In this document: piece by piece, positions 39,463 to 49,446 of the stretch | How the letters are laid out: each line of letters begins with the position of its first letter | Numbering within the stretch: position 1 is the stretch's first letter | Source of the DNA: Podarcis filfolensis | Lineage: Eukaryota | Direction: 5' to 3' (one strand) | NCBI GenBank assembly: GCA_964270895.1 | Contig: OZ185448.1 | DNA length: 64,000 nt | Notes under the pieces: model-generated | Database searches by the model: none | What the model was told of the DNA's origin: nothing | Seen by the model: the letters and a program-made list of their open reading frames with translations, nothing else | Program-made: the position numbers and the translations under genes

Positions 39463-40081
39463 ATCTATGGGACACCTTGGCCAAATTGCTCGCCCCCCGT
39501 AGCTTTCGGTTGCCAGCGGATCCGCTTCTTCCGAGGGCTGAGCCCGCAGCTCTTCAGCTAGGAAGCGTCCTTGCGAGAGAGACCTATTTATCTCTCTGTC
39601 TAGATATAGATAGATATAAATATATAATTTAGTCCACCTTTGTTTTTATTTGTTTTCTCTTTCTTTTGCTGTCCTCCCCAGTTCGCGTTGGCGAGTTTTT
39701 GTTCCCCCCTTCTTTTTTTCCCTTTTTTGTGGAAGTTGTTCGGCTTGTGTGCGGTTTCCCTTCTTTTTCTTCTTCTCTTCTACCCTCCTCTGGTCCTTTC
39801 TTTTTAAATTAATTTAATGTCCTTTTTTTTTTCTTTGCTTGCTTGCGCCCCACTTTTTCCTTGCTGGGCAGTCCCCCAAAATAAAGTCAGCAATGCGGGT
39901 CACCAAAGTGGGGTGGGGAGGGGAAGAAAAGTAGAGCAAGAACGAGGAAAGAGAGAGAGAGAGGAAGAAAGAAGAAAGGGGACGAGGAAGGGGGAAACAG
40001 AGCAAAGAGGTTGGAGGCGATTGTCTGGTAGCAAATGAATAAAGGAGAAAAGTACAACAAAAATACAAAAGAGGAAGAGAG

Positions 40082-40134
<53 letters not shown>

Positions 40135-41845
40135 TTCTCTTCAGAGGTGCCCCCCTCCCTCTCTCTCGGGGAGCCGAGCAGAGTTGCAGGAGGAGAGGCT
40201 GGTGTCTGGGGGCCAGATCCAGAGAAGCCCGCAGTCAGCCATTCAGGAAAGCCATCGAAAGCCAGAGAGGGGGGAAAGCTAGCAGCGGCGGCGGCGGCGG
40301 CAGCAGCAGCAGCAGCAACTCCGGCGCGCGGCCGCTGGAGGAGAAGAGGGAAAGGCGCCGCGGCAGAAGATCCCACGCTCGGCGCGGCGCTCCGGAGCCC
40401 CGTCCTTGCTGCGCCGCCGCCTCCTCCCGCTGCTGCCGCCGGTGGGAGTGCTGGGATCGGATGCCCCGCTCGGAGTTTGGCGAAGCTGTAGAAACATCAA
40501 CCAGGGAGGCAGGGAGGGAGAAGAGAGGAGGAGGACGGGAGGGAGGGAAGGAGGGAGGGGGGGAGGGAAAAGAAAAAGAAAAGAAAAAGCCCTGGCCAAA
40601 GAAAACAAACAAAAAAAGCACACACGGGACGCGCGCGCACACACGAGACACGCACACACGCGAAATAGGCTAAGGGAGCCTTTTGGGGGGTTCGGGTTCC
40701 CCCCTGGTTCCTCGGTGGTGCGTCCCTCTCTCTCTCGGCGTGCCTCGCTCTTCTTCTTTCGCCCAGCTCTTTCTTTCTTTCCTTCCTCGCTTCTTTCTTC
40801 CCCCGTTTCTTTCTTTCTTTCTTTCGTTCGTTCGTTCGTTCGTTCGTTCTTTTTTTTTTTTTTCCTCCCCTCCTCCTTTGCTGCCGAGGCTACTCCGGCT
40901 TGCTCGCTCGCTCGCTCGCAGCCGCCGCCTCCTGCTCCTGCTGCTGCTGCCGCCGCCGCTTGCCGCTGCCTTATGCTGCTCCCGTTTCTTTCGCAAGTGG
41001 GTCTCTTTAGCAAAGCTGCTTCCTCGCACAACACATGGGGCGATAAGGGGAGGAGGAGGAGGCGAGGGAAGGGAGAGAGAGAGGGAGGGAGGGAGGGAGG
41101 GGGTTAGGGAGGGAGGCGGCGGCACTGGAGGAGGTGGGTGGGTGGGTAGAGAGGGCTGGGGGGAGGGAGCGAGCGAGGAAGAGAGCGAGAGCGCGGTGGG
41201 GGGAGACGAGAGAAGAGTGAACTCTCCCCAAGCTCAGGAGCCCCCCGACCCACCCGCCCCCCTCAGCCAGGGAGAAGGATAAAAGGAGTGCAGGAGGGGG
41301 GGAGGAGGAGGCGGGGGCCCGAGTGGGTGTCGTTGGGTGGGTGGGGGAAAGCAAGGGGTGGAAATTAATAAGAATTAATAATAAATATCAGAAGCAAAGA
41401 GAGAGAGAGAGAGAGGAAGGAAAATGCACCAGATTCCACCCCCCCTTTCTTTTTGCACGCATGCAAAAGTGGAGATTTTGGAGCGGTCCTTTGGCGCTGG
41501 GGGTTGGAGGGGGGGAGAGAGGAAGAGAGCTCTCCTTGCAAGCAGAAGAGATGGGGGCAAGCGAGAGAGGGTTTTGCACGCGCACAAAAAGGTAAAGGGG
41601 GAGGGGGCAGCGAAAGGAAGAAAGAGAGAAGGCGAGAAGAGAGAGAGAAACGGGGGTAAGAAAAAGAAAGGGGAGGGGAGGGAGAAAAGAGAGAGAGAGA
41701 GGCAAGGGGAAAAAAAGAGAGAGACCGAGAATCCCAGTGATCAAATATGCTAAGGAGGGTGGGTGGGTAGGTGGAGTGGGGGGGGGGGTTAAAGGAGTGA
41801 ATGCGATTTATAGGAGCGGGGCTGGGGAGAGTGGCGAACGCTTTC
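39463..41845 (-). other. NR2F2: Predicted long 5' UTR of canonical NR2F2 (TSS inferred from TATA position)
   Basis: CpG-rich, microsatellite-rich sequence between the ATG and a TATA box at 41869-41876. TSS and lack of an intron are inferred, not observed. Confidence 0.55.
40085..40130. repeat. (GA)n microsatellite in predicted 5' UTR
   Basis: Direct reading. Confidence 0.95.
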
Positions 41846-41868
41846 TCCGCGATCAGCTCACCCAGCTC

Positions 41869-41876
41869 TCTATATA
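41869..41876 (-). promoter_or_regulatory. TATA box of main NR2F2 promoter (TATATAGA)
   Basis: Minus strand reads GTGTCAAAGTTCACTATATAGAGAGCTGGG. Confidence 0.65.
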
Positions 41877-41877
41877 G

Positions 41878-41890
41878 TGAACTTTGACAC
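41878..41890 (-). promoter_or_regulatory. DR1 nuclear-receptor element GTGTCA-A-AGTTCA (RAR/RXR, HNF4 or COUP-TF type)
   Basis: Plus strand TGAACTTTGACAC: two AGGTCA-like half-sites with 1-nt spacing. Resembles the DR1 described in the mammalian COUP-TFII proximal promoter (recalled). Confidence 0.75.
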
Positions 41891-41911
41891 GACGGCTGCA
41901 ACTTAGCACAC

Positions 41912-41925
41912 GTTGCCATGGCGAC
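41912..41925. promoter_or_regulatory. RFX X-box-like palindrome GTTGCCATGGCGAC
   Basis: One mismatch from the perfect X-box GTTGCCATGGCAAC. Confidence 0.6.
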
Positions 41926-43889
41926 CGCTCGCCTTATAAGGCAAGAGGCTGCCTTTGACTGGTCAAAAGCTCCCGGACCTCCCCTCGCCCCTCATTGGGC
42001 AGTTCAGCCTTGTGCACGGCTGGGATGGCTGGAGCCCCGGGAAGTCCGCCAGGTCCTAAAGGGAGCTCGGTTCTTTGCTTCTTCTTCTTCTGCTGCTGCT
42101 CCTTTCTATCTCGTCAACACCCCCCCGCGCGCCCTTTCCCTTTCCCCCCTTCTTCTCTCTTTCTCTCACTCCGTAACCCCCCCCCCCAATTTCTTTCACC
42201 CAGCTTTGAAACTCAGAGCAACAAAAGTAAGATTTGAAGGGGGAATTTTTCTTTTAAAAAGAAGAAGCATTATACATATTTTATTTATTATGGGAATGAG
42301 GGATCTAGCAATGATTTTTTTAAAAAAAGTCTTGATTTTGCGCGCACACACAGACACACACACACATATGCGAGAGGGTGGGTGGAGGTCGGGACACCGC
42401 TCCTTTTTAAAGGATGCTAGACAGGTCTTTGTGAGACGACGGACTTTCTGAACTCTTTTGCTGGGAGATCAACAGTACGGTCCATCCCCCTGTGAAAGGC
42501 TGAGGCTTGAGGAAGAGAGACAGCTCTATCCTCTTCCTGCCACTGTTGCTGAGCTTAGGTGGGGAAAAACAATTTCGTTCTTATAGGGAAGGGTCATTTC
42601 AGCTGAGCAGTGGCGTTAGGGGAGCTGTATGTGCCTGGGTTAAAGAAATTAGACAAATACAGCACTGTAGACAGCTTGGGTCGCAGCGGTGCTGACACAG
42701 ATTGACACAAACGCTGCCCATTTCGGATTAAAGTTCTACAGGTAGGTGGGTTGAACTTTTAATTGCTTGATGACACGCAAGTCAGAGAATTGTTTGTTTG
42801 TTTTTCTTAAAAAGAAACACCCCTTCTTTTAGAAAAAGAAAAAGGAAGGAAAGAGAATACACTCTAACCTTGGCACGATGGTCTTGTAGAGAGATCTATG
42901 GACACAAACGCTAACTTGCTCTCACTTTCTGACATGGATGTGCAGCGAGGGAGGCCGTTAAAACTGGATTTCGAGCATGCAGATAATTCCCATTTTTAGC
43001 TTAGGAAGTCTCAGCCTTCCTAACACTCTAGAGGAGGCTGGCCCGTTGGGGGAAAAGATGCAGATAAACTGATTTGCTGGCACTGCGTAGGAATCTTTTG
43101 AAAGCTGCTTGCTCGACACATACATTAGATAGACATCTATCAATGTATAGGGGCGCACACATCAGAGGCTAGGGTAACAGACCTCAGAATACTTAACCAC
43201 ACACTTCATTGTTCCCTGAAGCCTCTAGCATTCCAAGAACCCATTCCCTTTGCTCCAAAATCCAAACAGAAATGGGGAAAAATTAGCATACAAATACACA
43301 CATGCATACATACGCGCAGAACGCCTGGCCGCCTGTACATACTCCCAAATGGGGAGACGTCTAACCCAGATGCCTTCTCAGGAGGAAGGCGATGATAGCG
43401 AGAAAGGGGAAAAAATCAGAGAGGAAAAGGGAGGAAAAGGATGGAGTTAATCAAACCCAGAAAACACATTTACAGCCTTTTCGCATTGGATTGGAAAGAC
43501 CCAAAGTCCCCCCCCCTCTCACCACCCCTTAAGAAAGCATATTTCCTCTTTTATGTTAACAGGAAGGAAAGGGGGAGAATTTCAGAACAAAACAAAACAC
43601 CCAAGCATGGCGAAGTACATTTGAACCTCTGCAACTTGATTTAATTTTATAGCCTTAGACGAGGTTACATATTTAAGTCATCGCCTAGCTGTGGGATCTC
43701 TCGCGCTGCAATCTAGAGGCAAACTGACCTCCAGGCAGAGAAGTAAGTGTTCCAGCGAAATACATTTGCTGAGAAGGACAAGAGAAAAATGATAAATGGC
43801 AGGCTAGAAACAGACTCAAAACTGAGAGTATATATATTTATATAACTCATATATACCCCCACACGCACTTGCACACACAGACTTCTTGG

Positions 43890-43892
<3 letters not shown>

Positions 43893-43970
<78 letters not shown>
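43893..43970. repeat. Compound (GT)n(AT)n microsatellite
   Basis: Direct reading. Confidence 0.95.
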
Positions 43971-43974
<4 letters not shown>

Positions 43975-45959
43975 CACAAATACACACGAGGTATGTCCAA
44001 GACACATATTAAATGAGACAATGGGGATCCCAGATACAAATATCTGGATCTGGAGCTGTAACCCTTTCCATCAGCTCAACGCTATCACGTTGCCACGTTC
44101 GTACCACCCACCCCTTTCTGTTGAAGAAATAAATGTCTGTTGCTAAGCTTGCAGGTGCTACGGACGAAGGCAGGAAAGTTGTAACATGAACTCTGCTTGT
44201 TACTGGCCCTGGCAATATTGTCCGTTTCATACGGTCAGTTTCAAAGCGAGCGGTGGAATGTTCTATTGATTAGAAGGACTTGGCCGCCTGTAAACAGTGG
44301 AAGATGCCCTCTATGATCCAGAAGAGATGGAAATAATCGGCCTCTAGGATTGCAGAGAACTAGCGCCTTCATACACCCCCCTCCATATCTCTCTCTCTCT
44401 CGTGTGTGTGTGTGTGTTTCAGAGTATGGAAATATATATCCTGGATATATCCTGGATATATAGGTGATCACAGCCTATGTAAGGAAAATTCTCCCCATAT
44501 ATCACCACCATATCTTATTTTATCAGAAGAAATCTTATGATTCTGCTGAATGCAAAGACTACCAAAATAAAAATTAAAAAATCCGAAAGGGGAAATAACG
44601 ACCCTTCTGTATTAATCGTTTTCCTGCAGGATCGCAAAAAGAGAAAGCAACTAATCACCGAGAACTAAAATAGACGGAGCTCACTCAAGCCCTAACATCA
44701 AATGCTTTGATAGTGTACGTCTGTTCATCCAAAGGATGGAACTATTAAAAATAGCAGAGGTGGGGAGTTGGCAAGTTCATGGCTGACTGGCTGTTCATTC
44801 TCTCTTTCTCTCTCTCCCCCTCCCCACATTACACAGCAACATAGGATCGCTTAAAGAGAACGATTCTCAATTCATCATCCATAACTGTCAATTTACAGAG
44901 CTCAGTTATAATCCCAGACCTTATTTATTGCCTTGCAAGTAAGGATCCATTTTGCAACTTCTGGGGAGAAGCAATAGTGGTATTAATAATACCTATCCAC
45001 GTTCCCATTTTTTAAAACAGGTGTACATTCATCAGGAGATCCGGGATGTTAAATAGAAAAAAGTGTGGAATGTTTTATGGGAAACGTTAGGTTACGCGAG
45101 GTGGGGAAGCAGGAACCTCCCCTCTTTATTTTTTCCTGGCGAAAGGTGCGGGGATGGGGAGAGTTTGGTAAAACAACAACAACGACAACAAGAAACCCTC
45201 CCTTCAGTTCTTCCTGGCTTCTTTGCAACGAAGTTTGGACCCTCTGAAGTGAAATCAGTGGGGGGAAACCGCTGGGTTACGTGGGGGGAAGACTCAATGA
45301 ATGCTCACTGTGTTGTTTGCCTCCCCCCCCCGCGTCCCCTCCCAGCTCCATCCGAAGAGCTATGAATGGGGGAAAGTGGCCCTCCATTGTGCGACACTGA
45401 ACTTTCAAGTCAATGTAATTTTTAACCACTGGCTTGTGGTACTTTGAAAATCACCAGGGGCTGTCAGAGTCGGGCCCTCTGAAAAATTTACAGTGCTAAA
45501 TTAGAACATATGCTAGGAGAGCGAGAGATGGAGAGAGAAAGAGAGGACAGAAGTGTGTGTATTGGTGTGTGTGAGGCGGGGGGGGGGGGGGGAGGAGGAA
45601 GAGGACCGGCTGGAAGACTCCAGAAGTACAGTATGCGTCTGCCCCCTAGCGTAAGTCTTTCATCGGCCTGAAAAAAATCCAACTTTCAAAGAAACGCTGC
45701 TCTTAAAGGGAAAGGGACGTGGGGGGAGGACGTAGGCAAAGCGAGACGGGGGGGGGGGGAGGCAAGCAACTCCTAAACTTCTGTACGTTTATAATATGAT
45801 TAATTCCTCCGGATTGCCAGTTAAGGAGTTATGTCATTTTAAAAATAAAATAAAATAACATCTTTTTGTGCTCCGGACTTGCAAACTTCCGAAAAAATTG
45901 TGATTTTTTTTTTTTAAGGGAGGAGGCGACATAGGATGGATAAGGAATCCCCCGGCCGG

Positions 45960-46182
45960 TCTAATAGGGAGAAGCGAGTGTGAGCGAGTGCATGTGCGTG
46001 CGTGCGTATTTCTCGCGCTAGGGAAAGTCTAGAGCTCTTCCACGCGGCTTTTTTTTTTTAAGTGACATCAGCCTGAAGATTATTAATCCCCCCCACTCCC
46101 CAACTTCCAACAATTAAAAGGAACAAACAAAACTTTGCGCCTGGAAACCTGGATTTGGCAACAGATATCCCCTCTGGCAGTG
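45960..46182 (+). ncRNA. Candidate first exon of an antisense lncRNA (NR2F2-AS1-like position)
   Basis: CpG-rich unique block ending in a plus-strand donor CAGTG|GTGAGT (46183-46188), between the isoform-2 exon and the main promoter. Positional inference only. Confidence 0.3.
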
Positions 46183-46923
46183 GTGAGTACCTCTACTTTA
46201 TCATCCATCAGAGATTTTAAGGGGGTAAGGATAAAGCGGAGCTGCGGAACGGGGACTGCAAAGAAGGCTAGTCGTGAAACTCAATTTTGCTCCTGGAAGA
46301 AGTGGGGGGGGGGAGAGAAACCCAAGCAAAAACGCACGTGGCTACAAATTCTTGCAGTTTCATTTCCTATTCCTTGCCTTAGAGAGGTCCCTTTTCCTCC
46401 CCCCTTTTCAATCACTGCTTATACCCACAGCAATACGACCTTGAGATTTTAGACTGGTTCTGACTCAGAGAGGCATCATCATCATCGAATCCGAACCGGA
46501 TTTGGAAGGGGGGGTACCCTTTGGATAGCTGGAAAAGGGGCTTTATAGAGAAGCATATTTTTCACGACATACACCCACACACACATAGGGACCTTTCTCT
46601 CAATTAGTAGTTGATGTAAAGTCCACACACAGACATCGTTCCCCCCCCCCCACGCTCCCGGCACAAATCCCGCCCTCCCCACGTAACCTTTGAAAGCAGA
46701 GTTTTCGTCCCCGACCCTCAAACCATTGACTTCGGGGGTGCGGGGGAAGTTCTCTGAATTTCAACGCAGGGCATTACTTTTGCGCTTCGGATTTCAGCCT
46801 TTAAAATGAAATAAGTAAGGAATGAGAGAGGGGGAGAGAGACCCGCACGGCCACAAACCAGGTCGCAAGGAGAAGGGGAAAGAGAGAGAGAGAGAGAAAT
46901 TTAAAAAAGAGAATGAAACATAC

Positions 46924-46966
46924 CCAAAACATATTTGCCTTGTTCAAGATCCCAGATCGCTTGCAT
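46924..46966 (-). CDS. NR2F2: NR2F2 alternative first coding exon (isoform 2/B, DBD-less), MQAIWDLEQGKYVL + 1 nt
   Basis: Read by hand: AAG ATG CAA GCG ATC TGG GAT CTT GAA CAA GGC AAA TAT GTT TTG G|GTATGT. Phase 1 fits exon 2; in-frame TAA upstream. 43+528+275 = 846 nt = 281 aa. Resembles the human isoform-2 N-terminus MQAVWDLEQGKYGF (recalled). Confidence 0.9.
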
Positions 46967-47488
46967 CTTCTTCCTGTTGTTTGGCAGCTGATGGCTTTTA
47001 AATTATTATTTTTTTAGGAAAAAAATTGGGCAGGAGAAAACCCCCCCTTAGGCAATGAAAACGTATCGCCCTGGTATTTATCTTAGCGATTGTACAAACT
47101 GATTTTGGAAAGGAGAGCGAGGGGTGGTTACTATTGGGGGTGGGGGTGGGGGAGAACCTGAAGGGATCAGCGAACGAAAAAGAAAAAAAGAAAAAGAGCG
47201 ACGAAAGGATAAGATCTTTCTCAATCTATAAAGGAATGTGTTTTGCCCCCCTGTGTATTTTGAGCGTGGAGCCTTGGAACAGGCGGCAGGGAGGAGAAAT
47301 GACAATAATAATAATATCCTATATATGCACACTCTTAAGTTTAAACAGAGCGGGTCCGAGGGGGAGTTTGCTTCACAGCGGTTGAAGAATGCGCGCCTCG
47401 CCTTTAAGAAAAAAAAGGGGGGGAGGAAAGAGCCCCCACCCAAACGTTAAGGTAGCAGATATCTATCTTCTCATTCCTTAGAAGGAAG

Positions 47489-47630
47489 NNNNNNNNNNNN
47501 NNNNNNNNNNNNNNNNNNNNNNNNNNNNNNNNNNNNNNNNNNNNNNNNNNNNNNNNNNNNNNNNNNNNNNNNNNNNNNNNNNNNNNNNNNNNNNNNNNNN
47601 NNNNNNNNNNNNNNNNNNNNNNNNNNNNNN
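47489..47630. other. Assembly gap (142 N)
   Basis: N run. Confidence 0.99.
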
Positions 47631-49275
47631 AATGCACGTATTGGTAGAGATGGACTTCCAAAGCGGAAAGTCATCAGAAATCGGGGTTAGTAGGACTTCA
47701 GAGAGCATTAGCTTTTCAGGCAATGAAGGAAAAGAGAGGTATATTAAAAAAAACCCACACCAAATGGATTGGGGGTGGGGTCTTGGGCGAAACAGAATGA
47801 GCTGGGGCAAAAAGTTCGAAGAGTTATAAATCCGGAACTTCCTCCCCCCTCCCTCGCCACTTTTCTCCTTCACTCTCTATCATGGGACCCCCTCGATCTG
47901 GAGCGTTTAAAGAGACCACAGATATCTGAGGTCCTTTATGTGCTTGTCAGACTTGGTGCTAATTTAAATAAAACAAAAATACCAACAAAGATAACCTCCC
48001 CTTGTGTTAATACAGACACCCCCACCACCACAATGGGAAGGAAAAGCACCTTTTGAAGTCTCCCCCGAAAACTGCTTCTGGGGTTGCCCATAGAATTGTT
48101 CTTAATTTTGCACAAAGTGTGGGTGGGAGGGATTCAGTCTGTACAGATTGTTGTTGTTTAAAAATTACAAGCGGCCACAAATTTCGTTTACTTATCTGAG
48201 CTTTTACAAAAAGAAGAAGAAGAAAAATATATGGGGGATGCACTTAATTTAATAATGAGAGGGGAATGTGCGTGTGTGCGTGGAATATCACCGAAGGTAC
48301 CTGGGAAAAAACCGTACTGTGAATAAATGTCACAGGTGACAAAAGGATCATACCTTTCCTTTCCTTCTGCTAATTTCTTAGATTCCCCACTCCCGGCCTT
48401 TAAAAGATGCTTCTGCAATTAACTCCACCACCTCCTCCAGCGTTAATTGCATGTTTACAGGGCTAATGAAATTTACAAATGGGTTTGGCCCACCTCAAAC
48501 AATGATGAAAAACTAGAGAAGCAAGTTTAATTACGTCCACCGAGGAGGTTTGCTTGGCGAGGGTGGGGGGAGAGGAAAGACAGGGTATTGATCAGAGGGG
48601 GGGCGGGGGGAAGGTGACTCATTTTCTACAGGTCATTAATGACCTTAGATTATAGGCCTGTAAAAAAAAATCCCCTTTCCTGGGAATGCCTTCGAATGAT
48701 TGAGACTCATCCCAGTCGGATGGATTTTGATGATGGTTCTGGTGGGGGCACCTTCTATCAAAACGCACCCCTAAATCCTTCGACCAAGGCCAGTCTTCCC
48801 AAAAGAGGAACCCCCAAAACTATATTTAATTCTTCTTAGAGTCTCTCTTTGCTTGTATGTAATAGAATTACAGTTCCTCTTGTTTTCGCTGCTGATATAA
48901 TTATCAATACCTTTCAAAGGATGTCCCTTTCAGAAATCCTTCAGACACACGTCTCCCCTTCTGTGTTGTGAGAAGAAGGGAAAGCGGAGAGGAAAGATTT
49001 GGGGCGGGTGGGGTGGGGGCGTTTAAAGAAGAGAATTCCACCAGCTACAAATGGATTCAGTCTCCAGCCTCAGCATTATCCACCCCCCTCCTGCCTCCTT
49101 GCAGATCAGCCTTTCCAAAGTTTGACTGAAGTTATGAGGATATCTGAGGCTTTGCTATGGAGAGGTCAGAGGTGAAGACTATTTTAACCCTAAAAAAGCA
49201 TGCCGGTCTCCCTACACCGAGAGTGAATGCTCCTGCCCCCCCTTACCCCAAAAGAAGAACAAAGCATGACTCGGA

Positions 49276-49319
<44 letters not shown>

Positions 49320-49397
49320 TTTAAAATCCGAGTCACATAAGAGTAATACGATGGAAGCTCCAAAGTATTGCATTTAAGATCCTTCCTTCCTCTCTGT

Positions 49398-49446
<49 letters not shown>

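Larger units (their letters stand above)
37900..41350. promoter_or_regulatory. CpG island over the NR2F2 leader, exon 1 and 5' part of intron 1 (limits approximate)
   Basis: Visibly high GC content with dense CG, CGCG and GCGGCGG; not computed. Confidence 0.75.

Noticed and set aside
39042-39561. Several 97-160 aa ORFs overlapping exon 1 in other frames or on the plus strand
   Set aside because: Shadow ORFs of a GC-rich coding exon; no recognisable domain.
39900-41753. Long ORFs of 100-251 aa across the leader and CpG island
   Set aside because: Translations are low-complexity products of microsatellites (ERERE, LSLSL, polyA/R), and many start at non-ATG codons. Only true ATG-initiated uORFs are kept as a finding.
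41806-41812. TATAAAT on the minus strand just downstream of the main TATA
   Set aside because: Could be a secondary TATA, but the DR1-linked TATATAGA fits the recalled mammalian promoter better; cannot be resolved without TSS data.
42900-43400. Search for the mammalian Sonic hedgehog response element (TACATAATGCGCCG, recalled) upstream of the promoter
   Set aside because: No convincing match seen on either strand by eye.
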